Shown here in pieces: positions 21,584-29,782 of a DNA stretch of 64,000 bases. The stretch comes from a virus. Each line of letters begins with the position of its first letter. Within the stretch, counting starts at the first letter, position 1. The notes under the pieces were generated by a model. The model worked only from the letters and a program-made list of their open reading frames with translations, had not been told where the DNA came from and did no database searches. The translations under genes and the position numbers were made by a program. The stretch is taken from positions 96,001-160,000 of IMG/VR virus record IMGVR_UViG_3300045988_161114; one strand, 5' to 3'.

Positions 21584-22698
21584 TAGTATATTCCTTTTAA
21601 TATAGAAGCCTCATTACCCATTATATATGCTTTGTCATTTAGGGAGGATTTACTTAATGCGGCCATAGCTTTTTGTCTGCTTGTTAGAAGATGATTTGTA
21701 TTTACGGATATATCGCCAGTCATATCATTTCTATACAAAGCATTCTTTACTCTATTGATTGAGTTATTCTGGTCTGCAGCCGTTTTAAACAGGTCTACAG
21801 CGGCGTCTACAGCCATTGTAGCTCCTAACCCTGCTGCTAGTCCGCCAACAGTTCCTACGGCCATCTTGAGGCCTCCACGGGCCTTGCTGAGCATTCCTAA
21901 TGTCTGACCCTGTTTTGAGAACTTAGGAACTAATGATGTTGCAGCATGTGTTAGCTCTTTACCAACCCTAAATCCATAAGTGCCGGCTGCTAATGATAGT
22001 GCCATTCCAGCAACACTAGTAACAGCATTATCTGTAAGTGTTGATTCTTTATCCCCAGTTAAATATGGTAATGCCTCTGAACCAGCAAATACTGCTCCAA
22101 CAAGAGGTGCAAATCCTGCAAATGCTTTATCCAGAACTCTCACACTTTTTGATGCCATAATTTTCTTTTGGTGTGCGGTTGCTAAACCTATTGAGTTCAT
22201 CAGGTCATCTTTTAGTCCTGCACCAGATGCAAATGCTGCTGCTCTATTAAGGTGTGTTCCCACACCTGAAGTTGCAAATGCTTCGTAAGATGGCATCATA
22301 TACATGTTAGCTATACCACCCCCAGACTTAGGAGATGTAAGTATATCAAAGTCTTTATTCCCATGACCTAGCCATCTTTGAGTAAACGTTTGTTCCCTGG
22401 CGGCAGATCTAGACCTTATTTTCATCACATCTTCTATATTAGATATGCCTGACTTTTTGATTTTGTCATATTCTGACCTCAAGTCATCGAATCCGCCTGT
22501 TATCTTTCTTGCATCAAATCTAAGTCCAGTATTTAATGAGCCGTTATTGTCAACTTTAAATATAGTCTTGGCGTAATCAAGATTCTTTTTATATGATGCG
22601 CCTCTACCAGTTTGATCCCATTGCAGATCTATTTGTTCGGCTTTCGTCTGGAAGGATTTAGATTTTCTCTGTTTCAGTGTTTCATTATTAGTATTCAT
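21583..22698 (-). CDS. hypothetical protein with Gly/Ala-rich hydrophobic C-terminal half (371 aa)
   Basis: Long ORF. The C-terminal 200 aa is rich in G/A small-xxx-small repeats (AGMALSLAAGTYG..., GGLAAGLGATMAV). Confidence 0.65.
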   Translation of the reverse strand: MNTNNETLKQRKSKSFQTKAEQIDLQWDQTGRGASYKKNLDYAKTIFKVDNNGSLNTGLRFDARKITGGFDDLRSEYDKIKKSGISNIEDVMKIRSRSAAREQTFTQRWLGHGNKDFDILTSPKSGGGIANMYMMPSYEAFATSGVGTHLNRAAAFASGAGLKDDLMNSIGLATAHQKKIMASKSVRVLDKAFAGFAPLVGAVFAGSEALPYLTGDKESTLTDNAVTSVAGMALSLAAGTYGFRVGKELTHAATSLVPKFSKQGQTLGMLSKARGGLKMAVGTVGGLAAGLGATMAVDAAVDLFKTAADQNNSINRVKNALYRNDMTGDISVNTNHLLTSRQKAMAALSKSSLNDKAYIMGNEASILKGIY

Positions 22699-24361
22699 AG
22701 TGCTTATTACGTTCCTCCCAGTTTGCTTTGCCTACGCCAGCAGGCATAGATGCATAATCCAATGAATGGAATTGTCTTATTGTTGGGTCTGCATACTGTC
22801 TCTGTCTCAATCTTTGCTGATCTTCTCTTATTGCCTTAACCTTTAGGTCGTCATCATATGAATCCATAGATGCATACAGTCCTAGTGCAGCAACACCTAG
22901 TCCTAATACTCCATAACCCTTTTTAAAGTTGTCTGGAAGAAGTTCTCCTAAAACTGGGACATTTTTTATCTTAGTGTCGTATACCTTTTCTGCACCTTTT
23001 ATAAATTCTTTTTTAGGATCTTTCTTATTGGATTCTTCTATAAAAGCTCTTATATCAGATATGATAGTTTTACCAAGCAGGATAGATTCAACTGCGTCAT
23101 CGGCAATATTGGATATATTATCTATTGATGCCATGTCTGCATTTTTGATTATATCTATAAAATCATCTATATTGCCGTTTGACCTTTTCCATGCATCATC
23201 AAGATGTCTCTTTGCTGTAGTGTTGCCATACTTGTCAACCTCCTCCATAACTCGTTTTATGGACTCCTCTTTTGAGTCAGCATGTATATATTTGGGTACG
23301 GATATATTAGATTCTTCATTTGTTATATTATCGACTATGGTTATAACTGTATCACCAGCTCTACGTCTTGCATCAAATCTACCTGTCTCTTTATACTTCT
23401 GAATGTTTGATTTTAGGACTTTCATCCCCATAACTTCTCTAAGGTATGGCTCAGCTTCTCTCATTCTTGTAAATATATCTTTTGTTTCACTAGAGATATT
23501 CCCAGAAATAAGTTCTTCTCTTATAACATTCATGCGCTTAAAGATGGCATACTGCTGTCTTGCATCAGACATTGCTCCGTGTACCTCTTCCTCACCAAGC
23601 ATTAATTTTGAAAGGAAGTCTACATTATGACCAATTTTTGCATAAGACGTCGGAACTTTACCCTGTGCAGCAGCTTTTGTCAAAGTAGCTGCTGTAAAGT
23701 CCATAAGGTCTGCGACATAGAATCTGTTTTGTCCGGCAGGCATAGAAGATATCCTTCTATCTATCTTCTTATATGCTTCAATAACCCTATCGTAAGCCTT
23801 ATCACTAGCCCCTAGTGTCGTAGCATTTTTGGCTTCTTGTAAATGTCTACTTACCTCGGCAGGCCTGTATAATTGGTTAACTCTTTCACCGTTATACATT
23901 TGTGATTCTATCATATTAGCATGTATTGATAACTTATCAGATTCTGGTATTGATGATAGCCATCTTCTTTCGAATTGAGAGTTCTGAATAAGTATCATAC
24001 CTCTCTTGTTGCCGCCATTGCCAAATATATCCTCGTTGATATGTTTATGTATGTCAAATTGTCTGGAATGTCTATTATCAGATTCAAAGTATTTTCTTAC
24101 TGTTTCATTTGTATTGTAGAAATCTTTATCTTTTAAAGCATTCCATTCAGCTTTTTTATCTATTGAATTGTCAGGATCATAAAAGAATTCTTTGGCGATG
24201 CTATTGCCATTATTAGTGCCGTATGCACCAATGGACCAGACTCTTCCTTTACCAACAGTTCTTGTTACGCCATTATATTCTGACGTGATACTTCCGTTTG
24301 GGGTAAGAGATGTAGTCTCTATATCGAAAGATGTTATATATCGCCATAGATCATTGTTCAT
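22688..24361 (-). CDS. DEDDh (DnaQ-like) 3'-5' exonuclease domain protein with C-terminal hydrophobic anchor (557 aa)
   Basis: ExoI SFDIETTSL (D13, E15), ExoII QNSQFERRWL, ExoIII VHGAMSDARQ (H261-x4-D266). C-terminal GYGVLGLGVAALGLYASM. Confidence 0.7.
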   Translation of the reverse strand: MNNDLWRYITSFDIETTSLTPNGSITSEYNGVTRTVGKGRVWSIGAYGTNNGNSIAKEFFYDPDNSIDKKAEWNALKDKDFYNTNETVRKYFESDNRHSRQFDIHKHINEDIFGNGGNKRGMILIQNSQFERRWLSSIPESDKLSIHANMIESQMYNGERVNQLYRPAEVSRHLQEAKNATTLGASDKAYDRVIEAYKKIDRRISSMPAGQNRFYVADLMDFTAATLTKAAAQGKVPTSYAKIGHNVDFLSKLMLGEEEVHGAMSDARQQYAIFKRMNVIREELISGNISSETKDIFTRMREAEPYLREVMGMKVLKSNIQKYKETGRFDARRRAGDTVITIVDNITNEESNISVPKYIHADSKEESIKRVMEEVDKYGNTTAKRHLDDAWKRSNGNIDDFIDIIKNADMASIDNISNIADDAVESILLGKTIISDIRAFIEESNKKDPKKEFIKGAEKVYDTKIKNVPVLGELLPDNFKKGYGVLGLGVAALGLYASMDSYDDDLKVKAIREDQQRLRQRQYADPTIRQFHSLDYASMPAGVGKANWEERNKHYEY

Positions 24362-24804
24362 TTTATTTTATCCAGTATAGCTAAATATTCTTTATTATTT
24401 TTGAATAAATCATTTTCTGTTACGAATCTGAAGGACATATTTTTGCCTGTAGATTTTATTTTTCTTACCGCGGCCCTTGCTTTTAATTGCACATTTGGAT
24501 CCTTGAGCATTATAGTTGGTTTAACCTCACAAAGTTCCATTCTTCCGTCTTTGTACAATACAAGTACATCTGGAATGTATGTACGCTTCTTTAGGTCTAC
24601 ATCTACATATCGTATCTCTATTGGTTCTGAGAGATATTTAATTACATTAGGATCGGATTCTAGCTGTTCAAAGAAGGCATATTCATATGCTGAGCGGTAT
24701 TTCATATAAGATCTGTTCTTTACAGATTTATACATACCGCTTTTGTACATATCATTTTTATTGAAATATATTCCGTTATTTTTCTTGCTCTTTTTTCTTG
24801 GCAT
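24358..24804 (-). CDS. TnsA-N-like PD-(D/E)xK endonuclease (148 aa)
   Basis: YRSAYEYAFFEQLESDPNVIKYLSEPIEIRY followed by YIPDVLVLYKDGRMELCEVKP (D...ExK). Overlaps both neighbouring genes. Confidence 0.55.
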   Translation of the reverse strand: MPRKKSKKNNGIYFNKNDMYKSGMYKSVKNRSYMKYRSAYEYAFFEQLESDPNVIKYLSEPIEIRYVDVDLKKRTYIPDVLVLYKDGRMELCEVKPTIMLKDPNVQLKARAAVRKIKSTGKNMSFRFVTENDLFKNNKEYLAILDKIK

Positions 24805-26164
24805 TTAAGAGCTCCTGAATTGCTGGATCTACATATCCATTGCCGCTTGATGCTCCGACACTTTTTAATATCATTTCAATCTTAGATGACAGTGAAGCCA
24901 TTTCTGATGTCATACCACTTTGAATAGTGTCAACTGCTACTTTTGCTGCATCTTTTCTAGTTGCCATCAGCGTTTCTAATATTTTAAGGCGATTCTTTTT
25001 AATGCGTTCTTTTATATTAAAATACTTAGATACGTCTTCTTTTATTATTTGTCCACCATTTGCATCAAAACCATAGAAATCTTCTTGAGACATATTTTGA
25101 TCTTGAAGAGCTAACATAAGTGTTGCTCTCCTTTCATACAGATCAAGTTCAGACAATTCAGATATCAGATGCATTTCAGTTATTCTACTAGGATCAGCAT
25201 TGAATTCGTCTAGATATCCTTCTATTGATTGTCTTAGATATGTTTGTTCATATATACATTGTGATCCTATTGGGGCTTTATTAATCTTATTAAGTTCACA
25301 GTTGTGAACTAAGATACCATTTGCAAAGAAATTAGAATTCAGATTCACAGTTATGTCGTATACATCTTCTATTCCTGAATATTCGATACTCACTATTTCA
25401 GATTCTAGAAGATCTCCATATTGATTTACATTTTCAATATTTGTTTCTAATTCCTCATTGTAAAATAAATCAGTTACTAAAACCTTATGTCCTACTTCTA
25501 AACCATCATCAATAGAGATATATGAATATACATCTCCGTTAAAAGCATAGAATAAATGATTTGTTGTAACTTTTAAAGAATGACCGTGTTCAGTAACAAC
25601 AGTGTAGACTTCTTGTCTACCTGTTGGTATAACTGATCCTATAACTATATCACTACGGATTTCTTGTGTTTTAGTATCAAAGCTATATATTTTATCTTTG
25701 TCTACTATATCGGTTATCTTTTTAGCTATTCCATATCTCATAGATACTAGTGTATCACCAGTTACACATGTTTCAGCAAATGGACATTTAGAACCTCTAC
25801 ATATCATTGGTGCTGCTGCTGTTACACCTCCAGAAGTCATTTTAGCAATACTTTTATTAAGATTCTTTGCTTCATCTTCTGTTAATGCAATATGTTTATA
25901 TTGATCTTCATCAATATCAAATGCTCTTAAGTAATTTGTTTTGGTTAGTTTATCACCACTAACAGCTATTGCTTGTGATGATAACAAAATTGGAATTGTT
26001 TTACTAGTATCACTACCAGAGGATATGGATTTCATTTTATCTTCTAAAACAGATTCTACAACTGTTTTACTTTTATTAGAATTTGTCAGTTGTTCTGACA
26101 AATTGAATACAGTATCTAGTTCCGATTTAGGAATTCCTTTACCATAATTGAATTCATTATTCAT
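24776..26164 (-). CDS. intein-containing Cys4 zinc-ribbon protein, first gene of the packaging operon (462 aa precursor, ~306 aa spliced); small-terminase-like role only guessed
   Basis: Extein junction ...MICRGSKCPFAET | CELNKINKAPIGSQCIYEQ... The gene heads the terminase-containing operon. Confidence 0.75.
   Translation of the reverse strand: MNNEFNYGKGIPKSELDTVFNLSEQLTNSNKSKTVVESVLEDKMKSISSGSDTSKTIPILLSSQAIAVSGDKLTKTNYLRAFDIDEDQYKHIALTEDEAKNLNKSIAKMTSGGVTAAAPMICRGSKCPFAETCVTGDTLVSMRYGIAKKITDIVDKDKIYSFDTKTQEIRSDIVIGSVIPTGRQEVYTVVTEHGHSLKVTTNHLFYAFNGDVYSYISIDDGLEVGHKVLVTDLFYNEELETNIENVNQYGDLLESEIVSIEYSGIEDVYDITVNLNSNFFANGILVHNCELNKINKAPIGSQCIYEQTYLRQSIEGYLDEFNADPSRITEMHLISELSELDLYERRATLMLALQDQNMSQEDFYGFDANGGQIIKEDVSKYFNIKERIKKNRLKILETLMATRKDAAKVAVDTIQSGMTSEMASLSSKIEMILKSVGASSGNGYVDPAIQELLNAKKKEQEK
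25301..25768 (-). mobile_element. mini-intein (156 aa, no homing-endonuclease domain)
   Basis: Starts CVTGDTLVSM (Cys1, aa 133, codon 25766-25768 checked). Block B KVTTNHLFY. Ends EDVYDITV...NFFANGILVHN followed by +1 Cys (codon 25298-25300). Confidence 0.85.
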
Positions 26165-26388
26165 ATTTTTTCCTATTGTTAAATATCTTATAATCTTTTA
26201 GAAATGTTATTAAAATAACTAATAATAAATAAAAAGCTGTAAATGATATAAGTAAGTCTCGTTATTTAATAAGACATTCCATTTAAGCTTATAATCTTTT
26301 TAATATAGTATACAATATTTATATTTTTTAAACAATATATTTATTTATATTTTTTAATATGATCCCATATTTTCTTGTAGTGTATTAT

Positions 26389-26417
26389 AACACTGCGTTC
26401 TTGTGGAACGCTGTGTT
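26389..26417. promoter_or_regulatory. 12-bp imperfect hairpin in the late-operon upstream region
   Basis: AACACTGCGTTC ttgtg GAACGCTGTGTT (one T-T mismatch), flanked by DNA of ~10% GC. Confidence 0.5.
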
Positions 26418-26479
26418 TAAAAATTTAAAAATGTTTAGACATCTGTTGAAGAATTGTTTAAAATAGATGTATACATTTT

Positions 26480-27120
26480 TAATAGATACAATTAGGCCTA
26501 GCAAAGCAAGGCTTTCATCTAAAAAGATATAGCTGTATCTGCCATGTTATTCCCAGTTCCACTTTCGTAACTTCCTTTGCGATTATCAAGCAGTGATCCA
26601 AATGATCATCAGAAGTAAGCTTTTACACTTTGTCGTGTCTTAACTAACAGGATATTGATTACTCCAAGTGTCGTTATTTCGCAACACTCTGTTAAGTTCT
26701 GGTTCATTATATTTATAGTCGAGCAACTTTTATAAGTTGCTAGGTTATATCTCATTGCACTATCTATATAACCCTAAAGTTGTCTGTCTGACCATACGGC
26801 TCGATTTCGAGGATAATCCGTTATTTGCAACAGGTCATTATTTTTATACTGCCCAACTTTCATAACTCTTTATGTATTACTTTTTGTAAGGGAGCTTACA
26901 CAGGGAGAATTACGCTACTTCAACAAACAGTTTTTCGATACCTCCCTAGCTAGGCTTGCCCACATCTTGGGAGATCATTATACTTTCGCTACCGGCCTCT
27001 ACCGATTATTCTATGAGTTACTTGGTATAAGGTCAACTCTCTTTTAGTTCCGATGCCGTAGTTTATCCCGACTAGATACTAACCTCAACGAGTTAACAGA
27101 GCGAATTATACTCTCATTTT
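26480..27120. ncRNA. candidate large structured non-coding RNA or cis element (ORF-free GC-normal island); strand unresolved, minus weakly favoured
   Basis: The track shows no ORF of 60 aa or more in any frame. Sampled lines are 38-53% GC against ~10% in the flanks. Local hairpins include AGCAACTT ttat AAGTTGCT (26722-26741) and 26667-26688 (G-U only if read on the minus strand). Confidence 0.3.
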
Positions 27121-27155
27121 ATACAGTTGTGTGTTAAGGAAGTGTAAAAAATAAT

Positions 27156-27171
27156 GTAAAAATATTTTTAC
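27156..27171. promoter_or_regulatory. perfect 16-nt palindrome, operator-like
   Basis: GTAAAAATATTTTTAC, overlapping a direct repeat TGTAAAAA (27143-27150 / 27155-27162). Lies 43 nt upstream of the sigma70-like -35. Confidence 0.45.
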
Positions 27172-27213
27172 ATATACTAAAAATAAGTGGTTGTTTTTAA
27201 ATATAAAAAAGTT

Positions 27214-27242
27214 TTGACTTTTTATAAAAACATAGGTATAAT
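27214..27242 (+). promoter_or_regulatory. near-consensus sigma70-type promoter
   Basis: TTGACT (27214-27219), 17-nt spacer, TATAAT (27237-27242). Lies 55 nt upstream of ATG 27298, which has an AAGGA RBS. Confidence 0.7.
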
Positions 27243-27297
27243 TCAAATCTTAGTCACCACAAAGAAGATTATTATTTTTTATTTAAGGATTTAAATT

Positions 27298-28125
27298 ATG
27301 CGTTTTGGCAATACTTACGAAGACAGAATTTTCTTTCACCAACCAGAAAGACTGACATTTTACAACCTACAAAATACTTGTGCACTGTGCCGTACCGGCC
27401 GCACTATGGTAACAACCCATAAAAAATATGGTAACATTGTTGACATCTGGGGCTCAAACGATTACTGTACAGGATACCTGTCAAATGCTTTTGTAAACAT
27501 GCAAAAGAAAGACTATAACGAAAAAGTATATAAACTAGAAATATACCCTGTAGTGTACATGGTTTCAGAAGAGGAAAGAAAATCAATGGCAGGTATTGAA
27601 GAACTTGAAAACAAATATATTCTTAATTCTGCATTGATGGTTTATAGATCTGGAAAACATCCTCAATACAATGTATCGGTAGCTAAAACAGATTATAATC
27701 ATGTTAAGGTAAAAATGAATTACAACGTAATTCTAGAGCAATCACTAGATGGTGTTGTATTACCGCTACGAGAACTGATAGCAAGGATGACAGTATCAGC
27801 GATCAACTACAATAGAGCGATTAAGTTTATTCCTCATCAAGATATGATTATTGAACTGTGTATACCACAATCTGTTATGGATGAGATCAAAATGGAGCAA
27901 GACAGTGAACAAACAGACTTCGATAGTGAAGCGTTACTGATAAAACTTCTTGCGAATGTTCTTGGTTCTGATTTTGGAAGCTTCTCAAATAAATTCAATA
28001 GAGATAAATTCAAGATCAAAATAATCGATGACTCAACCGAAGTAAAAGCCGAAAATAATTTACCGGCAGTGTACAGAGAATTGATTGATGTATATCGCGG
28101 ATCATTCGTTTCAAATCCTCTATAA
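27298..28125 (+). CDS. hypothetical protein (275 aa), probably host-RNAP-transcribed
   Basis: ORF with RBS, preceded by a consensus promoter and followed by a hairpin terminator. Confidence 0.75.
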   Translation: MRFGNTYEDRIFFHQPERLTFYNLQNTCALCRTGRTMVTTHKKYGNIVDIWGSNDYCTGYLSNAFVNMQKKDYNEKVYKLEIYPVVYMVSEEERKSMAGIEELENKYILNSALMVYRSGKHPQYNVSVAKTDYNHVKVKMNYNVILEQSLDGVVLPLRELIARMTVSAINYNRAIKFIPHQDMIIELCIPQSVMDEIKMEQDSEQTDFDSEALLIKLLANVLGSDFGSFSNKFNRDKFKIKIIDDSTEVKAENNLPAVYRELIDVYRGSFVSNPL

Positions 28126-28131
28126 AAGTAG

Positions 28132-28162
28132 AAAGCCCTAGCTTCTGTGCTAGGGCTTTTTT
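28132..28162. terminator. bidirectional intrinsic terminator between convergent genes
   Basis: AAAGCCCTAGC ttctgt GCTAGGGCTTT, with A-run and T-run flanks. Confidence 0.8.
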
Positions 28163-28649
28163 ATGGCTTAATCCATGTTATTTTCAATGTATTATCACCA
28201 GACTCTTCTATATACTTCAAAAGATACCCTAAGGCCTCGAACCCATCAATAGGTTCATAGAATCCTCTGGAATCAAACTTGGTACTCGCGCCTATAAGGA
28301 TAAATCTACCATAAATCTTATCTATTCCGTCTGCGGCAACTGGTAAAAAACAATGTCCAGTTCTATCTGTAGACTTAACTTTAGCCCTTAAGCATACGCC
28401 TAGTGATTCATTAAATATGAATGGATATCTCTTTCCGTTAACAGGGGATTTTTCAATGGAGATGGTATATGAACCATCTTTTATACATGATAAACCCGTA
28501 ATACCATTCGGTGAATCATTATTGTAGTCCCAAGGAGACTCAAGTGTATAGATGTAGACATCCTTACCAGAAAGATTCAGCTTAATGCGTCCATGTACGC
28601 CATACTCTCGCGCGATTGCATGGTTTTGTTTCAATCTTTCTAATATCAT
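28161..28649 (-). CDS. hypothetical protein (162 aa)
   Basis: ORF at the end of the minus-strand membrane-protein block. No catalytic motif recognised. Confidence 0.6.
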   Translation of the reverse strand: MILERLKQNHAIAREYGVHGRIKLNLSGKDVYIYTLESPWDYNNDSPNGITGLSCIKDGSYTISIEKSPVNGKRYPFIFNESLGVCLRAKVKSTDRTGHCFLPVAADGIDKIYGRFILIGASTKFDSRGFYEPIDGFEALGYLLKYIEESGDNTLKITWIKP

Positions 28650-29038
28650 TTTTTGTCATCCATAGTATCTTCGATCTTTTCTACGGACTTCTTCATAGAT
28701 TCAAGCCTTTTATCAAACTTGTCAAGATTTTTCATCTCTCTTAATTGTAATTTGATAGAATCTAAATCACTACGAATGGCACTAAATTTACTCTTTATAT
28801 CTCTTTCGCTATACCTTCTTATAGTTTCTATATCCATCCTATTGCTAGATGACATAGATATCATATCTTTAATCATGTCTTCTGTTTCTACAATTCTTAA
28901 CTCCAATTTAGAAATGTTTTCGTTAAGAGCGTTATACTTTGTATCAACATAATAATTAGCGGATATGTTTGCAATTAAAATTACAAGAGAAGATAGCGTC
29001 AAAAATATGTGGTTACACCATATTTTTCTGCAATCCAT
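28646..29038 (-). CDS. N-terminal TM + coiled-coil protein (130 aa)
   Basis: HIFLTLSSLVILIANISA hydrophobic segment, then a heptad-rich Lys/Glu region. 4-nt overlap with the next gene. Confidence 0.6.
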   Translation of the reverse strand: MDCRKIWCNHIFLTLSSLVILIANISANYYVDTKYNALNENISKLELRIVETEDMIKDMISMSSSNRMDIETIRRYSERDIKSKFSAIRSDLDSIKLQLREMKNLDKFDKRLESMKKSVEKIEDTMDDKK

Positions 29039-29066
29039 TTAAACTCCCTAAGTTCTGAGTTATGAA

Positions 29067-29366
29067 TTAACTCTTATGTGGAAAATATATTGGTTCGTCT
29101 TGTGAAGTTTCCCTTTCAATAACAGGAGCATCTTCCTCAGCTGTTTCTTGTGATGTCTCATCGACAGCAGCTTTATACTTTTCATTCACAAATCTAGTTG
29201 CAACATTAGAGCCCAGATATGCCATAGAAATTGTGATAACAATATCTTTGTAGACAGTGCTATCAATTCTATTAATCAATAGGATGCTACTGACTAGTGC
29301 TATGACACTCAACGAAAAGACGAACTTTCTTGATAGAAAGTTTAGAGCATATTCTTTGATCGACAT
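29067..29366 (-). CDS. small TM protein with acidic tail (99 aa)
   Basis: FVFSLSVIALVSSILLI and ITISMAYLGSNVA hydrophobic segments. Confidence 0.55.
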   Translation of the reverse strand: MSIKEYALNFLSRKFVFSLSVIALVSSILLINRIDSTVYKDIVITISMAYLGSNVATRFVNEKYKAAVDETSQETAEEDAPVIERETSQDEPIYFPHKS

Positions 29367-29367
29367 T

Positions 29368-29694
29368 TTATCTTTCCTTCATTAAGTATTTGATATCAGA
29401 TTCATGTCTGTCAAGAATTTTTCTCATTTCGTCCATTTCTCTTTTATAGGACTCATTTTGTACAGCAGCTTCGGATCTGGTGTACATATCATTTCGAAGT
29501 TTTTGTATATCTTGTGATAACTGTGCAACCTGATTTGCAGAGTTTTGTATATTGTTGTTGATGGAAGCTAAACTCCATGTACTATATACGACAAAGCACA
29601 TCATCGACCAAAAGGTAGCAATACCAATTGTTTTAGGAATTGTCACTCCAAAAACAACATAGCCGTTGTTGTTGCTTTCTTTTGCTTCAGACAT
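29368..29694 (-). CDS. TM + coiled-coil protein (108 aa)
   Basis: IGIATFWSMMCFVVYSTWSLA hydrophobic segment, then a coiled-coil-like C-terminus. Confidence 0.6.
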   Translation of the reverse strand: MSEAKESNNNGYVVFGVTIPKTIGIATFWSMMCFVVYSTWSLASINNNIQNSANQVAQLSQDIQKLRNDMYTRSEAAVQNESYKREMDEMRKILDRHESDIKYLMKER

Positions 29695-29782
29695 TTAAAT
29701 CCCCTATCTTAGCATTGTGTTCAAAAATCATGCAAGGGATTTCATTTTGAAAAAGAGTGCGTTTGGGGTCGCATCAATACAA

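Noticed and set aside
1-26164. I searched the late operon for a tape measure, sheath/tube genes, a tail-chaperone frameshift, and for integrase or repressor genes anywhere in the window.
   Set aside because: The largest distal ORF is 644 aa, and there is no long coiled-coil/Gly-rich TMP-like gene. I saw no slippery heptamer with an overlapping -1 ORF pair, and no tyrosine- or serine-recombinase motifs. The absence applies only to this window.
26950-27045. Collinear short word matches between the minus strand here and the plus strand at 50715-50790 (AAAGAG, GAGTT, GACC, ATACCA, TAATGATC) suggested the two ORF-free islands are homologous.
   Set aside because: The matches are only 5-8 nt with variable gaps, and they sit at opposite ends of the two islands. 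I cannot distinguish this from chance by eye, and it needs a proper alignment or covariance test.
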